DNA of 64,000 nucleotides, from assembly GCA_035251445.1 (NCBI GenBank), contig DATFEG010000156.1:3528-67527 (forward strand). The letters run 5' to 3'. Under the pieces are notes generated by a model. The model saw nothing but the letters and a program-made list of their open reading frames with translations, had not been told where the DNA came from and ran no database searches. The translations under genes were made by a program, and so were the position numbers. The stretch comes from Gemmatimonadales bacterium (GTDB taxonomy: Bacteria; Gemmatimonadota; Gemmatimonadetes; Gemmatimonadales; GWC2-71-9). Within the stretch, counting starts at the first letter, position 1; the number at the start of each line of letters is the position of its first letter. This document shows positions 33,552 through 41,881 of the stretch, one piece after another.

Positions 33552-33895
33552 GTGCCGCGCTCGACCTGATCACGCGCGTCCGCGGAGTGCGCGGGGCGAT
33601 GCTCGTCTCAGCCGAGGATGGGCTCATCGTCGCCGAACAGTTGATGGAAGGCATCAAGGGCCGGGCGGTGGCCGCGTTGGCGGCGAGCCTCGCGGGCCGG
33701 CTGCAGCGCGCGATGGCGGCCGCGGGCATCGGCTCGAGCGTATTTTGGCACTTGCAAGGCGAGCAGGGGGCGTTGCTGGTCGTCCCGGGTGGCACCGCCG
33801 CGGGAGGCATTTTGGTCGTCGCCGTCGCGGAGCCCGACGTGAACATCGGACTCGTGCGACTGGAGCTGCTGCGCGCCGCCGAGGCGTTTGTATGA
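33548..33895 (+). CDS. Roadblock/LC7 domain protein
   Basis: The GTG at 33548 overlaps the preceding stop as GTGA. The 115-aa ORF has the classic Roadblock pattern VRGVRGAMLVSAEDGLIVAE...GILVVAVAEPDVNIGLVRLEL. Confidence 0.72.
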   Translation: MSAALDLITRVRGVRGAMLVSAEDGLIVAEQLMEGIKGRAVAALAASLAGRLQRAMAAAGIGSSVFWHLQGEQGALLVVPGGTAAGGILVVAVAEPDVNIGLVRLELLRAAEAFV

Positions 33896-34368
33896 GCCCG
33901 CACACGCGCGCGGTCGAGAGCTGGACGCTGCAGCCGCTCACCGATTTCGTACGCGAGGCCTCGGTCCGCATGGTGCTGGTGTTGACCCCAGCGGGGCAGG
34001 TGTTGGCGCAGTCGGGCTTTTCGCGCGCAGTCGACGTGATGTCGGCGGCAGCGCTCGCGGCAGCGATCGTCGCGTCCACCGGCGAGCTGGCGCGCCAGCT
34101 GCGACAACCGCCGTTTGCTGCACTGAGCCACCAGGGCCGCAAGCACGGGTTCTTCCTCGCGTCCTCTTCGTCCGAGCGCGGGACGCTGGCGGTGCTCGCC
34201 GTGTACGATCTCGACGTTTCATCGCTCGGGTTGGTGCAGTTATTCTATGAGCAACTTGCAGCGGACCTGAAGGCGGCCAGCCCCAAAGGTGCCGTACCGA
34301 AGCAGGTGCTGGCCGCTGACTTCGAGCGCGAGCTCACGGACAGCCTCAATACGCTGTTTGGGAGATAG
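33892..34368 (+). CDS. mglB: MglB-like Roadblock protein (putative MglA GAP)
   Basis: The ATG at 33892 overlaps the preceding stop as ATGA. The 158-aa ORF lies immediately upstream of mglA, as in the Myxococcus mglBA operon. SLGLVQLFYEQLAADL and the C-terminal TDSLNTLFG mirror MglB SLGLVRLRIKKASDEL and DDIDNLFSE as I recall them. Confidence 0.68.
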   Translation: MSPHTRAVESWTLQPLTDFVREASVRMVLVLTPAGQVLAQSGFSRAVDVMSAAALAAAIVASTGELARQLRQPPFAALSHQGRKHGFFLASSSSERGTLAVLAVYDLDVSSLGLVQLFYEQLAADLKAASPKGAVPKQVLAADFERELTDSLNTLFGR

Positions 34369-34370
34369 CC

Positions 34371-34973
34371 GTGTCCCTGGTCAACTTCACGAGCCGCGAG
34401 ATCACCTGCAAAATCGTCTACTACGGACCGGGCCGGTCCGGGAAGACGACCAATCTCCATTACATCTACGAGCGCGTACCGGAGACCCGTCGCGGCCGCA
34501 TGGTGTCGCTCGCCACGCAGACCGACCGCACGCTGTTCTTCGATTTCCTGCCGATCGACCTAGGTCAGATCTCCGGCTTTTCCACGCGCTTTCAGCTCTA
34601 CACCGTGCCGGGGCAGGTTTACTACAACGCCACTCGGCGACTCGTCCTGCAGGGCGCCGACGGTGTGGTGTTCGTTGGCGACAGCCAGGCGCGCCAGCTC
34701 GACGAGAATATCGAGAGCCTCCAAAACCTCCACAGCAACCTGCTGGAACACGGCGTCGACGTGCGCACGATGCCGCTGGTGATGCAATACAACAAACAGG
34801 ACCTGCCACGCGAGCTGATTCTCACGCCCGCCGAGCTGGACGACTCGCTGAACTTTCGCTCGGTGCCGTCCTTTTCGGCCGACGCGCTCCACGGCAAGGG
34901 AGTATTCGAGACACTGAAGAGCATCTCGGAGCTCGTGCTGAAGAAGCTGGCTGCGGGGAGCCCGGCGGCATGA
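34371..34973 (+). CDS. mglA: MglA-family Ras-like small GTPase
   Basis: The 200-aa ORF has REITCKIVYYGPGRSGKTTNLHYIY (P-loop), DRTLFFDFLP, YTVPGQVYY (switch 2) and QYNKQDL (NKxD). It is near-colinear with M. xanthus MglA. Confidence 0.92.
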   Translation: MSLVNFTSREITCKIVYYGPGRSGKTTNLHYIYERVPETRRGRMVSLATQTDRTLFFDFLPIDLGQISGFSTRFQLYTVPGQVYYNATRRLVLQGADGVVFVGDSQARQLDENIESLQNLHSNLLEHGVDVRTMPLVMQYNKQDLPRELILTPAELDDSLNFRSVPSFSADALHGKGVFETLKSISELVLKKLAAGSPAA

Positions 34974-36937
34974 CCACCACGCTCAACCCCCGCTTCACGT
35001 TCGACACCTTCGTGGTGGGCGCGGCCAACCGCCTGGCGGTCACTGCCGGCCGGACGGTGGCCGAGAATCCCGGCTTCGCCTACAACCCGCTCTTCATCTA
35101 TAGTGGGTCTGGTCTCGGAAAGACGCATGTCATGATGGGGATCGGCCACGCGGCCAAGTCGCTCGCGCCGCAGCTGAACATCGAATACCTGACGTTGGAC
35201 GAATACGTCGAGGCATTTCACGCCGCCATCGCCGCGGGGCAGGGCGACGCCTTCCGGCGGCGCTTCCAAAACGTGGGCGTGCTGCTCGTCGACGACGTGC
35301 AATTCCTCACGAACCGCAAAGAGATGCAGGCCGAGCTGCTACGCCTGACCGAAGCGCTGCAGCAGGCCGGCCATCAGATTGTGTTGGCCAGCGACCGGCC
35401 GCCCGCCGAAATCGCTGACCTCGACGAACGGCTGATTTCCCGGTTCTCCGGCGGTCTGGTTGTCGACATCGGGGTCCCGGACTATGAGACGCGCGTCGCG
35501 ATTTTGCGGCGCAAAGCGGAGGGGCGGGGGATCGCGTTCCAGCCGGGTGTGCTCGAGACGATTGCGAAAATCGAGTTCCCGAATGTGCGCGAGCTGATGG
35601 GTGCGCTGAACCGGGTTGTGGCCTTCCAGGCCGTGCACGACTCGCCCGTCAACGAAGAAGCGGTGCGCAAGGTGCTCGGCGTCCCGGCCGCTGCCTCATT
35701 GGCCGCTGCCTCATCGGCCGCTGCCTCATCGGCCGCCGCCTCTCCGGCCGTCGCCTCACCCGACGAGTTCTCGCAGTTTCTCACTGACGTCACCGCCAAT
35801 GTGGGAAAGGCCGTCGAGGCCTGGCGCGCGCGCGTGGCCGAAGCGGTGATGCGTTGGCAGGGGGAAGGCTATCGTACCGGACGTCTCGAGCAGCTCCTGG
35901 ATCGAAACAAGCCGGCGGCGGTGGACGACGAGATCGACGCCTACGTACGGGATGTGGAGCGGCTCAAGGCGCTCGAGGCGGAAGTCGCGACGCTGGATCC
36001 GCGGGTCGCGGGTGACAAAGTCTTCCACGATCCGGACCGCATGGACGAAGCCGAAGCGGCCGCCGCCCGGGTGCGCGAGGGCGCGGCGCCGCCGCCTGCC
36101 CCGTCGGGTGCGTTTCCGCTCGAAAGTTTTCGCGCGGGCCCGTCCAACGAGGTCGCGCTCAGCGCGGCGCGCGATGTCATTGCGAAACCGGGCAAGAAGT
36201 ACAATCCGCTCGTCATCGTCGGCAACAGCGGGCTGGGGAAGACGCACCTCCTGAACGCAATCGGCCTGGAGCTGTCGAAGAAAAGAGGCGCGATCGTGGC
36301 GTGTCTGTCCACGCAGGCGTTTGTGGACGAGCTGATCGCGGCGATCGACGGCAACCGCGTGGATTGGTGGCGCGCACGCTATCGGCGGTGCACGGCGCTC
36401 GTGCTCGATGACATCCAGCTTCTCGCCGGCAAGCAGCGCACGCAGGAAGAGCTGTTCAATCTCTTCAACCAGTTCCTCGACGCCGAGCGCCAACTTGTGT
36501 TCTCCGCGCCCGCGCATCCCAAGACCCTGGAAGGGCTGGAGGAGCGCATTGTGTCCCGGCTCGAGGGCGGGCTCGTCGCGGAGCTGGGTGAGCCCGACAA
36601 GGACGTGCGCCGCAGCGCGCTGGAGGGCCTGCTCCGGCAGCAACGCGTGATGACGGATTCCGCGTTGCTGGATTATCTCGCCGACCGCCCGGTGGATTCT
36701 GTCCGCAGCCTGACGGCACTCGTGCAGCGGGTCCTCGAGGCGGCGGCCGCGCAAGACGCGCCGGTCACGGCGGCTCTCGCGCGGGACGTGCTCGAAGGCT
36801 CAGTTGCGGCGCGCCGCTCGCTCGGTGCCCGGACCAGCGGCCTCGTGGTCTCGAGCGCGGGCGGCGTGCGCAGCCGCGAAAAGATGGTGTGGGATTGGCC
36901 GACGGCCGCCGACCGCGTCATTGAGGACATCCGCTGA
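34970..36937 (+). CDS. Tandem DnaA-like AAA+ ATPase (two Bac_DnaA-type modules, no DNA-binding domain IV)
   Basis: The ATG at 34970 overlaps the mglA stop as ATGA. Module 1 has NPRFTFDTFVVGAANRLA, Walker A GSGLGKTH, Walker B LLVDDVQFL, LASDRPP, SRFSGGLVVDI and NVRELMGALNRV. Module 2 has ESFRAGPSNEVA, GNSGLGKTH, LVLDDIQLL, SAPAHP, SRLEGGLVAEL and SVRSLTALVQRV. A repeat linker and a coiled-coil-like segment separate them. The protein ends without a DnaA_C helix-turn-helix. Confidence 0.8.
   Translation: MTTTLNPRFTFDTFVVGAANRLAVTAGRTVAENPGFAYNPLFIYSGSGLGKTHVMMGIGHAAKSLAPQLNIEYLTLDEYVEAFHAAIAAGQGDAFRRRFQNVGVLLVDDVQFLTNRKEMQAELLRLTEALQQAGHQIVLASDRPPAEIADLDERLISRFSGGLVVDIGVPDYETRVAILRRKAEGRGIAFQPGVLETIAKIEFPNVRELMGALNRVVAFQAVHDSPVNEEAVRKVLGVPAAASLAAASSAAASSAAASPAVASPDEFSQFLTDVTANVGKAVEAWRARVAEAVMRWQGEGYRTGRLEQLLDRNKPAAVDDEIDAYVRDVERLKALEAEVATLDPRVAGDKVFHDPDRMDEAEAAAARVREGAAPPPAPSGAFPLESFRAGPSNEVALSAARDVIAKPGKKYNPLVIVGNSGLGKTHLLNAIGLELSKKRGAIVACLSTQAFVDELIAAIDGNRVDWWRARYRRCTALVLDDIQLLAGKQRTQEELFNLFNQFLDAERQLVFSAPAHPKTLEGLEERIVSRLEGGLVAELGEPDKDVRRSALEGLLRQQRVMTDSALLDYLADRPVDSVRSLTALVQRVLEAAAAQDAPVTAALARDVLEGSVAARRSLGARTSGLVVSSAGGVRSREKMVWDWPTAADRVIEDIR
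35686..35760 (+). repeat. 15-nt in-frame tandem repeat (5 copies) in the linker of the DnaA-like protein
   Basis: The unit ggccgctgcctcatc and its variants encode AAASL AAASS AAASS AAASP AVASP. Its 3-prime end cgtcgcctcaccc is identical to the end of the CheA repeat. Confidence 0.92.
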
Positions 36938-38553
36938 TGGCGATCAAGGGCTCGCTGAAGGAAGCCTCGCTGCCGGACGTGCTCCAGCTGCTCGCGCTCG
37001 GGCAGAAAACCGGCTGCCTCTCGATCGCCGACCGCTCGAACTTCGGATACATCTACTTTGACCGGGGACGCATTGCCTACGCCTCCATCGTGAATCGCCG
37101 CGATCGGCTCGGCGACATTCTCGTCAAGCACGAGAAGATTTCGCAGGAGCAGCTGGATGCCGCGATCCACCGCCAGTCCAGGGAGCGCGACAGGAAGCTG
37201 GGCGAGATCCTCGTGACGCAAAGCGTGCTCACGCAACAGGAGCTCGAGCGCTACATGCGCATGCAGATCGAGGAATCGGTGTTCTACCTGTTCACGTGGA
37301 CACAAGGGACCTTCAATTTCGAGGCGGACGTTCGTCCGGAGCAGCAGGATTTCCTCGTCTCCATCAATCCCGAGTCGCTCCTGCTCGAGGGCGCGCGCCG
37401 CGTCGACGAATGGGGACTGATCGAGAAAAAGATTCCTTCCTTCGATCTCATCTTCCTCGTCGATCGGGACCGCCTCGCGATCAGTGATTCCACACTCACG
37501 GACGTGCAGGAGCGCCTGCTGGCGCTGCTGGACGGCTCGCGTGACGTGAATCAGGTCATCGAGGATTCCGGCCTGGGGGAGTTCGAAGTCGGCAAGGCGT
37601 TGTACGGCCTCGTCACCGCGGGCTTCCTGCATCGCGCGGGCCGAACGGCGGGAGCGGAAGACGCGAAGATGACGGACGCGCGCGTCGAAGAGCACCGTAA
37701 TCTCGGCATCGCCTTCTACAAGACGGGCATGTTGGACGAGGCCGCCCGGGAATTCCGCCGGGTGGCGGAGTTGCGGCCCGTCGACGGCAACGCGCACTTC
37801 TTCATCGGTCTCGTCGCGCTGAAGCAGGCGCGTTGGCGCGAGGCGATGGAGGCGCTGCGACTCGCGGCGGAGAAAGGCGGCTCGCGGCCCGCGGTGCTGC
37901 ACAACCTGGGACTCGCCTACGAGCAACTCGGTCGGCTCGCGGAAGCGGAGGCCGCCTACGCGGAGGCGGCGACGCGCGCCAAGACCGATCCGCGCGTGTA
38001 TGTGGGATGGGGTGTCGTGGCACTGAAGCGCGGTGACTACGCCGGTGCCGCGGGGCGACTCGACCGCGCGCGTGAGCTCTACGTGCAGCACGTGCCGCCG
38101 ATATGGTACTGGGCGCGCGTGCTGGCCGCCGCCGGCGCGGGCGATTTCGAGACGGCCGAGCAGATGGCGGGACAGGCGGTGGAGGCGTACCCGCAGAACG
38201 GCGTGCTACGCAACAACCTCGCCGTGCTGCTCGAGCTCGCGGGCGACTTGCCGCAGGCGGAGAATTTGGCGCGCGCCGCGCTCCGCGACGAGCCGTCACT
38301 GCCTCAGCTGTCCAAAAACCTCGGCGACCTCGCCTATCGCGCCTCCCGCTACGACGAGGCGTGGACTCTCTACCAGCGCGCGATCGAGCTCGCGCCCGAG
38401 TTGGGGGACGACATCTACTTCAAGCTCGGGAACATTGCGTACAAGCAAAACGACCGGCAGCAGGCGAGCGACCTCTGGCGCCGGGCACTCGAGCTGAATC
38501 CCAAGCACGAGCTCGTGAAAGCGAATCTCGACACGTTGAGCACGTTGTCGTGA
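36937..38553 (+). CDS. DUF4388 (PATAN-like) domain protein with C-terminal TPRs (second paralogue)
   Basis: Its N-terminus MAIKGSLKEASLPDVLQLLALGQKTGCLSI parallels MAIEGPLRELGIHDVFQLLDLSRKTGALRV in the gene at 31580. It has the same middle region and a longer TPR tail. Its start overlaps the preceding stop by 1 nt. Confidence 0.75.
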   Translation: MAIKGSLKEASLPDVLQLLALGQKTGCLSIADRSNFGYIYFDRGRIAYASIVNRRDRLGDILVKHEKISQEQLDAAIHRQSRERDRKLGEILVTQSVLTQQELERYMRMQIEESVFYLFTWTQGTFNFEADVRPEQQDFLVSINPESLLLEGARRVDEWGLIEKKIPSFDLIFLVDRDRLAISDSTLTDVQERLLALLDGSRDVNQVIEDSGLGEFEVGKALYGLVTAGFLHRAGRTAGAEDAKMTDARVEEHRNLGIAFYKTGMLDEAAREFRRVAELRPVDGNAHFFIGLVALKQARWREAMEALRLAAEKGGSRPAVLHNLGLAYEQLGRLAEAEAAYAEAATRAKTDPRVYVGWGVVALKRGDYAGAAGRLDRARELYVQHVPPIWYWARVLAAAGAGDFETAEQMAGQAVEAYPQNGVLRNNLAVLLELAGDLPQAENLARAALRDEPSLPQLSKNLGDLAYRASRYDEAWTLYQRAIELAPELGDDIYFKLGNIAYKQNDRQQASDLWRRALELNPKHELVKANLDTLSTLS

Positions 38554-39413
38554 GCCTGGAGGGCACGCTCGGGAAAGACGAACAGGGCTTCCACCAGCTC
38601 ACCGAGAAGGTCTCACGCGAGCGGGGCATCAGCTGCGGATCATACAAAGAAAAGTGTTTACGCCGCCGCATCGCGGTCCGCATGCGCGCGCGCGGCGTCC
38701 ACAGCTACGCCGATTACGCCCGGTTGCTCGATCGGGACGCGGGCGAATATCAAGAGCTCCTCGATGCGCTCACCATCAACGTCACGAAGTTCTTTCGCAA
38801 CGCCGAAACATGGGATGCGTTGCGTCCCTACCTTGTAGAGTTGTGGGCTGCCCGGCGGAGGGAAGGCGAGCCGCTCCGGATCTGGTCGGCGGGATGTGCC
38901 TCGGGTGAAGAGCCATACACGATCGCCGTGCTGCTCGCCGAAATCTTGGGCGAGGATCTCCGGCGGTCGTTCATCGATGCGACCGATATCGACCGGCTGA
39001 GCCTCGAGCGCACCCGCCAGGCGCAATACCCCGAGACCGCCTTCTCGGAGATGCCGGTGCACCTGAAGCGCCGCTACTTTGTGGACGGACGTCCGGTCGC
39101 GCGGATCGGCGAGGTCGTGCGGGTGCTCCACCACGATCTGACGCGGGAGCCGCCGCCGCGTTCCGTCTACGATCTCATCGTGTGTCGCAATGTCGCCATC
39201 TACTTCGAGCGCGACGCACAGGAGCGGCTGTATGGGACGTTCGCCACAGCCTTGCCGCCAGGCGGCGCGCTGCTGCTCGGGAAGGTCGAGACGCTGTTCG
39301 GCCCGGCGCGCGAGCGGCTCACACTCCTCGACCCGCGCGAGCGGATCTATGTGAAGCCGATCGGCAAAGCCTCGGCCCACCTCTCTGGAACCGAGAGGAT
39401 GGGTGAGGCCTGA
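38550..39413 (+). CDS. cheR: Chemotaxis protein methyltransferase CheR
   Basis: The GTG at 38550 overlaps the preceding stop as GTGA. It has the CheR N-terminal helical domain and the SAM site IWSAGCASGEEPYT. Confidence 0.9.
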   Translation: MSLEGTLGKDEQGFHQLTEKVSRERGISCGSYKEKCLRRRIAVRMRARGVHSYADYARLLDRDAGEYQELLDALTINVTKFFRNAETWDALRPYLVELWAARRREGEPLRIWSAGCASGEEPYTIAVLLAEILGEDLRRSFIDATDIDRLSLERTRQAQYPETAFSEMPVHLKRRYFVDGRPVARIGEVVRVLHHDLTREPPPRSVYDLIVCRNVAIYFERDAQERLYGTFATALPPGGALLLGKVETLFGPARERLTLLDPRERIYVKPIGKASAHLSGTERMGEA

Positions 39414-39421
39414 AGGAAATA

Positions 39422-39892
39422 GTGGTCACCGTGGCTGACTGGGCAGCCGAGCGCGGGGATGGAGTCCTGGTGACCCTGGGGCTCGGCTCATGTGTCGCCA
39501 TCATGCTGCATGATCCGGAGAGCGGGGCCGGTGCGCTGGCTCACGTGCTCCTTCCCTCGACCAGCCTGGCACGCGACACCAGCAATCGCGCGAAGTTTCC
39601 GGAAACCGCCGTGCCGCTGATGATTGAACGCCTCACAGCACTTGGCGCCGATCCGCGACGCCTGTGCGCAAAGCTCGCCGGCGGCGCCAGCATGTTCAGC
39701 CAGCTCGTTACGCCCGGCACGATCCAGATGGGTGAGCGCAACGTGCTCGCGGCGCGCACCGCGCTGCGCCGCGCTGCCATTCCCATCGTTCGCGAAGCGG
39801 TCGGTGGGGAGCTCGGCCGCAGCATCCGCTTTCATGTGAAGGACGGCCGCGTCGAGATTCGGTCGGTGGGCGCCGATGTCCAGGTGATCTGA
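39422..39892 (+). CDS. cheD: Chemoreceptor glutamine deamidase CheD
   Basis: The 156-aa ORF has the [13 protein letters not shown] catalytic Cys region and HVLLP. Confidence 0.88.
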   Translation: MVTVADWAAERGDGVLVTLGLGSCVAIMLHDPESGAGALAHVLLPSTSLARDTSNRAKFPETAVPLMIERLTALGADPRRLCAKLAGGASMFSQLVTPGTIQMGERNVLAARTALRRAAIPIVREAVGGELGRSIRFHVKDGRVEIRSVGADVQVI

Positions 39893-39897
39893 CCGCC

Positions 39898-40998
39898 ATG
39901 CCATCCGAGCCGCGCCCGGCCGCCACCCGGCCCACGGTGCTCGTCGCCGACGACAGCGCCCTGATGCGGCGGGTGCTCGTCGATGTGCTCGGCGACGAGT
40001 TTCAGGTGGTCGCGACCGCACGCGACGGCATCGACGCGATCCGCAAGACCCACCGGTACAATCCCGACGTCGTCACGCTCGACCTCGAGATGCCGCAGCT
40101 CGACGGCCTCGGCGCCATCGGCTACATCATGTCGGAATCCCCGCGCCCCATCGTCGTCGTGAGCGCACACGCGGGGCCGGGCACAGCGACGGCCATCCGC
40201 GCGCTCGAGCTGGGTGCGGTCGAAATCGTCGCCAAGCCCCCACCGCCGGCTCACGCCCTCGCGCACTCGCGCGCCGCGCTCGCCACCTTGGGGCCTCAGC
40301 TTGTCACCGCGATTCATCGCGCGCTCGCAGCCGACGTTTCGCACGTCAAAGTGCTGGCTCGTCCACCGGCGCCCGTCGTGCATCCACCGGAGGTGGCATT
40401 GCGGGGCCGGGCGGGTCTGGTCGTTGGTGTTGCGGCGTCCACCGGTGGACCGCGCGCGCTCGCTGAGGTGATCCCGCGTCTGCCGACCGGCCGCGGCGCC
40501 GCGGTGCTCATTGTGCAGCACATGCCGCCCAAGTTCACGCGCAGTCTCGCCGAGCGACTCGATTCGATCAGCGCGTTGCGCGTTGTGGAGGCGGACGACG
40601 GAGCGCCGATCGTCGCCGACACGGCATACGTGGCGCCGGGCGATTATCATATGCGAGTGCGAACCGCTCACGATGGCCCGGTCATCGCGCTCGATCAGTC
40701 GACTCCCATCTGGGGCGTTCGTCCGGCCGCCGATCTCCTGTTCCACTCCATCGCGCAAGTGTACGGCGCGCGTGGCGTCGGTGTCGTGTTGACGGGGATG
40801 GGCCGGGACGGCGCGGAGGGGTTGCGCGCCATGCACGACGCAGGGGGCGCTGGTCTAGCCCAGGACCGCGAAACCGCCGTCACGCACGGGATGCCCGCGG
40901 CCGCGGTGCAGGCGGGTGGGGTCGATGCGGTGCTGCCGTTGGAGAAGATCGCGGACCGGGTCTGGGCGGAGTTGATGAAGAGGAATCCGCAGCGATGA
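39898..40998 (+). CDS. cheB: Chemotaxis response regulator protein-glutamate methylesterase CheB
   Basis: It has a receiver domain ([12 protein letters not shown]...TLDLEMP) and a methylesterase domain (ASTGGP, HMP, GMGRDGA). Confidence 0.93.
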   Translation: MPSEPRPAATRPTVLVADDSALMRRVLVDVLGDEFQVVATARDGIDAIRKTHRYNPDVVTLDLEMPQLDGLGAIGYIMSESPRPIVVVSAHAGPGTATAIRALELGAVEIVAKPPPPAHALAHSRAALATLGPQLVTAIHRALAADVSHVKVLARPPAPVVHPPEVALRGRAGLVVGVAASTGGPRALAEVIPRLPTGRGAAVLIVQHMPPKFTRSLAERLDSISALRVVEADDGAPIVADTAYVAPGDYHMRVRTAHDGPVIALDQSTPIWGVRPAADLLFHSIAQVYGARGVGVVLTGMGRDGAEGLRAMHDAGGAGLAQDRETAVTHGMPAAAVQAGGVDAVLPLEKIADRVWAELMKRNPQR

Positions 40999-41414
40999 AG
41001 GGCTATCTGCTGGTTCGCTCCGAGGGGAAAACCTACGGCCTTCCCGTCGCGCGCGTGCTCGAAGTCGGCGATGCGACGGAAGTGCTCGCCGTGCCGCGCA
41101 AGCTTGCCGCGGTGCGCGGGCTCACGCCACTGCGCGGCCGCCTGGTTCCGCTCATTCATCTCGGGGCTTTCCTGACGGGACAGGCAGCGCCTGACACAGG
41201 GCCCGCGGGCGTTAGAACGATCGTGCTCGTCGAGATCAAGGGCCGACACGTCGCGCTCGAGGTCGATGATGTCGACGCGGTGGTTCGAGAACAGCCGCTC
41301 CCCGTTCCCCACGGGCAGACGCTGCCGTGGGCGAGCGCAGTGGCGCCTCAAGGCCAGAGCGGCGGGCTCGTGCCGATTCTCGATCTCGACGCCTTGGGAG
41401 ATCGCATAGGATGA
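40995..41414 (+). CDS. cheW: CheW-like coupling protein (copy 2)
   Basis: The 139-aa ORF has the CheW-like pattern [21 protein letters not shown]...[12 protein letters not shown]. It overlaps cheB as ATGA. Confidence 0.78.
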   Translation: MKGYLLVRSEGKTYGLPVARVLEVGDATEVLAVPRKLAAVRGLTPLRGRLVPLIHLGAFLTGQAAPDTGPAGVRTIVLVEIKGRHVALEVDDVDAVVREQPLPVPHGQTLPWASAVAPQGQSGGLVPILDLDALGDRIG

Positions 41415-41881
41415 ATCTTGCGGGCGCCGCCGGCGATGAAGTCCAGCTCGTGACCTTCAAGGTGGGCGGTCAGGATTTCGCGTTCAACATCTTTCAGGTC
41501 GAGCGCATCCTGCGCTACGAAGCGCCCGCGCCCTTGCCGAAGGCGCCCGAGTTTCTCGAGGGGGTGGTGCGCTACGGGGGCGGCGCGGTGCCGCTCATCG
41601 ATCTGCGCAAGCGACTGGGGACGACAGCCCCGCTGCGCGAAGACACTCGCACCATCATTCTCGAGTTCGAGGGAGGCAAGATCGGCATCATCGTCGATGC
41701 GGTGACTGAAGTACTGCAGGTGGCGGCGCAGTCCGTTACGCCACCACCGGGAATCGTGAAAGGCCTGGCCGCGGAATACATCGCCGGTCTCGTCGTGCAA
41801 AATGGGCGCACGATTATCGTGTTGAATACGAACAAGCTGCTGACTTCGCAGGAGAAACTGGCATTGCAGGGAGCGACGTGA
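41411..41881 (+). CDS. cheW: CheW-like coupling protein (copy 3)
   Basis: The ATG at 41411 overlaps the preceding stop as ATGA. It has the pattern LVTFKVGGQDFAFNIFQVERILRYE...VVRYGGGAVPLIDLRKRLG. Confidence 0.85.
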   Translation: MNLAGAAGDEVQLVTFKVGGQDFAFNIFQVERILRYEAPAPLPKAPEFLEGVVRYGGGAVPLIDLRKRLGTTAPLREDTRTIILEFEGGKIGIIVDAVTEVLQVAAQSVTPPPGIVKGLAAEYIAGLVVQNGRTIIVLNTNKLLTSQEKLALQGAT

